The notes below the pieces were generated by a model. The model saw only the letters and a program-made list of their open reading frames with translations, made no database searches and was not told where the DNA came from. From the NCBI GenBank assembly GCA_012295275.1, contig CM022672.1:8308001-8372000 (forward strand): a DNA stretch of 64,000 nt. Reading direction: 5' to 3'. This DNA comes from Chrysomallon squamiferum (lineage: Eukaryota > Animalia > Mollusca). This document shows, in pieces, positions 61,895 to 64,000 of the stretch (within the stretch, counting starts at the first letter, position 1; each line of letters begins with the position of its first letter). The translations under genes were made by a program, and so were the position numbers.

Positions 61895-64000
61895 CTATGT
61901 GATGAAGAAAGCAGGTTTCACATCTAGATCTGTGCAGACAGACTAAATACAGAAAAATCTGTCAGGACTGACCTTCAGGACTGTAATGATGATGTAATAA
62001 TATGATGAAGCAACAACTCAGAAGTGAAAAACACTTTATAAATACATTTACAAATTTTTATATTTATTAACCTATTGACTAGCACAAGTTTAACGATAAG
62101 GTATTGATTGGGATTTAATTTCTTTAATAACAAATGTAATCACTATTCTCACCCAAATGTATTAACAGGAAGAAAAACAAAATCAGAAAATAAATTGCGC
62201 TAAAGAGAAAAGTTCATAATGACAGAAATGATAACAAAACTGTTTTTAGAAACACAACGAAATAGCAAGCAAATGAATCAGCAAGTTAATACATTGACAG
62301 ATATTTGACAGATCAGCAACCAGTTAAGTTTGAAATTATGGTCACAGTGCTCTGTCTGTGAAATTTGTTGTTGACCACAAATGTGGTTGCTCCAGGTAGT
62401 CGAGGGTTTAATGTTGAGAATATAAAAATGTTTATAAGTAGAACATACAACTTGAGACAATCAGAAATAACTCATAGTCAGTTTCTACTAAATAATAACA
62501 AGTTTGAACAGCTTAGTAAATGGCTCATGAAAAGAAAAAGTTATTGCATTGGTCTGTTGATGGCACATTATTATAAAAGGTTTATTGCATAAGGCAGTTT
62601 ATAAATGGGTTTTAATACAGTTAAGGGCCATTGTTATCTACATGTCTCATTGTCTGCCAACTTATTGTTACTGATAACAGAATACAGTTTAGAGGGTTAG
62701 ATAAATTATGACTGATAACAACTAATACAGGTTTATATTATAGAATTAAAAAGGAAAACAAACCAGAAATTTATATTAATGCTATCATTAAAGATCCATA
62801 ATAAAATGTGATGTAAATGTTCACTTGAATGTCTGTAATAATAATAATAATAATTTAGCAGATTTGGTACATCATACTCCTTTACACTTCAGTATATTTG
62901 TTTTTAGTTCTTTAATACTTGTAATATAAATTGCTGTTGGAAAATGTTGAGTGTAATGTTTTTTACATTAATATTTTTGTACTGGGTTTGATTTTAATTA
63001 CATTTTATAAACTGTGCAAAAATCAAGGTTAGAAGTGAGCCTGTTTTGTTGTGACATGATATATTTAGAGTCATTTATCTTTGTCATTTTCATCTTAAAG
63101 AATTTGCTAAGAAAGCTGGAGTTTCTTTCTGATATGTAAGTTTTGTTTGAAAGACTCTGGTATTTAAATAATACATATGTTATGAATGAATATTTATTGT
63201 TGCTTTCATTAAAATGCTAAATATTTATCATAAATGTTTTTTACATTTCCACAGTAATAAACATTATTCTGAGAGCCCATTTTATAAAAGTAATAAACTA
63301 ACCAATCATAGATGGAAATAAATAAAATAAAAAAAGAGCGATGCCAAGAAAATGAATAAAATAATACCATTTTAAAAATATAATGAAAACTGTAATACCA
63401 TCCCCCTTGAATAATTAAAAAGTAATAAAAAAACAAACAAACAAACAAAAAAATTAAAATAATGAATAATCTAAATTGTTACTTATATTTTGAACAAGAT
63501 ATTGGTAAGTATGAACTTGGTAAAATAGAAAAATTGTTTTCTAATAGTTACTTAAGCAGACTTTTTGGATTTAATCATTTTGCCCTTTTGGTTGGTCTTG
63601 CAAATCAGTTTTCATCATCTATCATTCACTTTTCATTCACAAAACCCATACAAATGTATATATTTATATATAAAAGCATGTTTTTGTAAATTCTGTTTCT
63701 AAAATACAGTTTTATTATGTAATCAACAAGCATTGTAAATGTGTATTTATTTTAATCTTTGGTGCGCTTGAAAATTCTTTAGTATTATCTTGTTTTCTTG
63801 TTCTGTTAAAAAATAACTTTTAGTCTTGATGTTAATACTCTATAATCAATAGTGGCTGTGATACAGTTATTGCTTATAAATCTGTCTTCAGTGACAGACA
63901 TAATCCATGTCTAAACTACACTCTTACAAACATATATAACATGGTTGCTACCTTTCACTTTCTTCTGGTAATGTTTTAAAAATCCATTACTAAAATTCAT

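Overview
AT-rich, intron-rich, microsatellite-laden invertebrate genomic DNA, probably molluscan/lophotrochozoan (inferred from gene content and a SINE-like remnant). Seven multi-exon protein-coding genes were reconstructed by hand: EDEM3 (-, ending RDEL), a C6orf136 homologue (+), DUSP12 (-), a mitochondrial MetX/Cys2-type serine O-succinyltransferase (+), two tandem Cys-less pentameric ligand-gated ion channel (pLGIC) paralogues (-), and PCGF3 (+, two 1-nt deletions that are probably assembly errors). Several DNA transposons/MITEs with clear TIRs and TSDs are present. The most interesting signal is the pLGIC pair. It has no Cys-loop cysteines, no signal peptide, no large M3-M4 loop and a conserved basic post-M4 tail, which suggests possibly inverted topology with a cytoplasmic ligand-binding domain. 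Also notable are the non-vertebrate cysteine-synthesis enzyme with an ATF4-type element upstream, an UPRE-like element plus uORFs at EDEM3, and a broken or intronised segment in the EDEM3 tail. Exon coordinates were read by eye and may be off by a few bases. No database searches were run.
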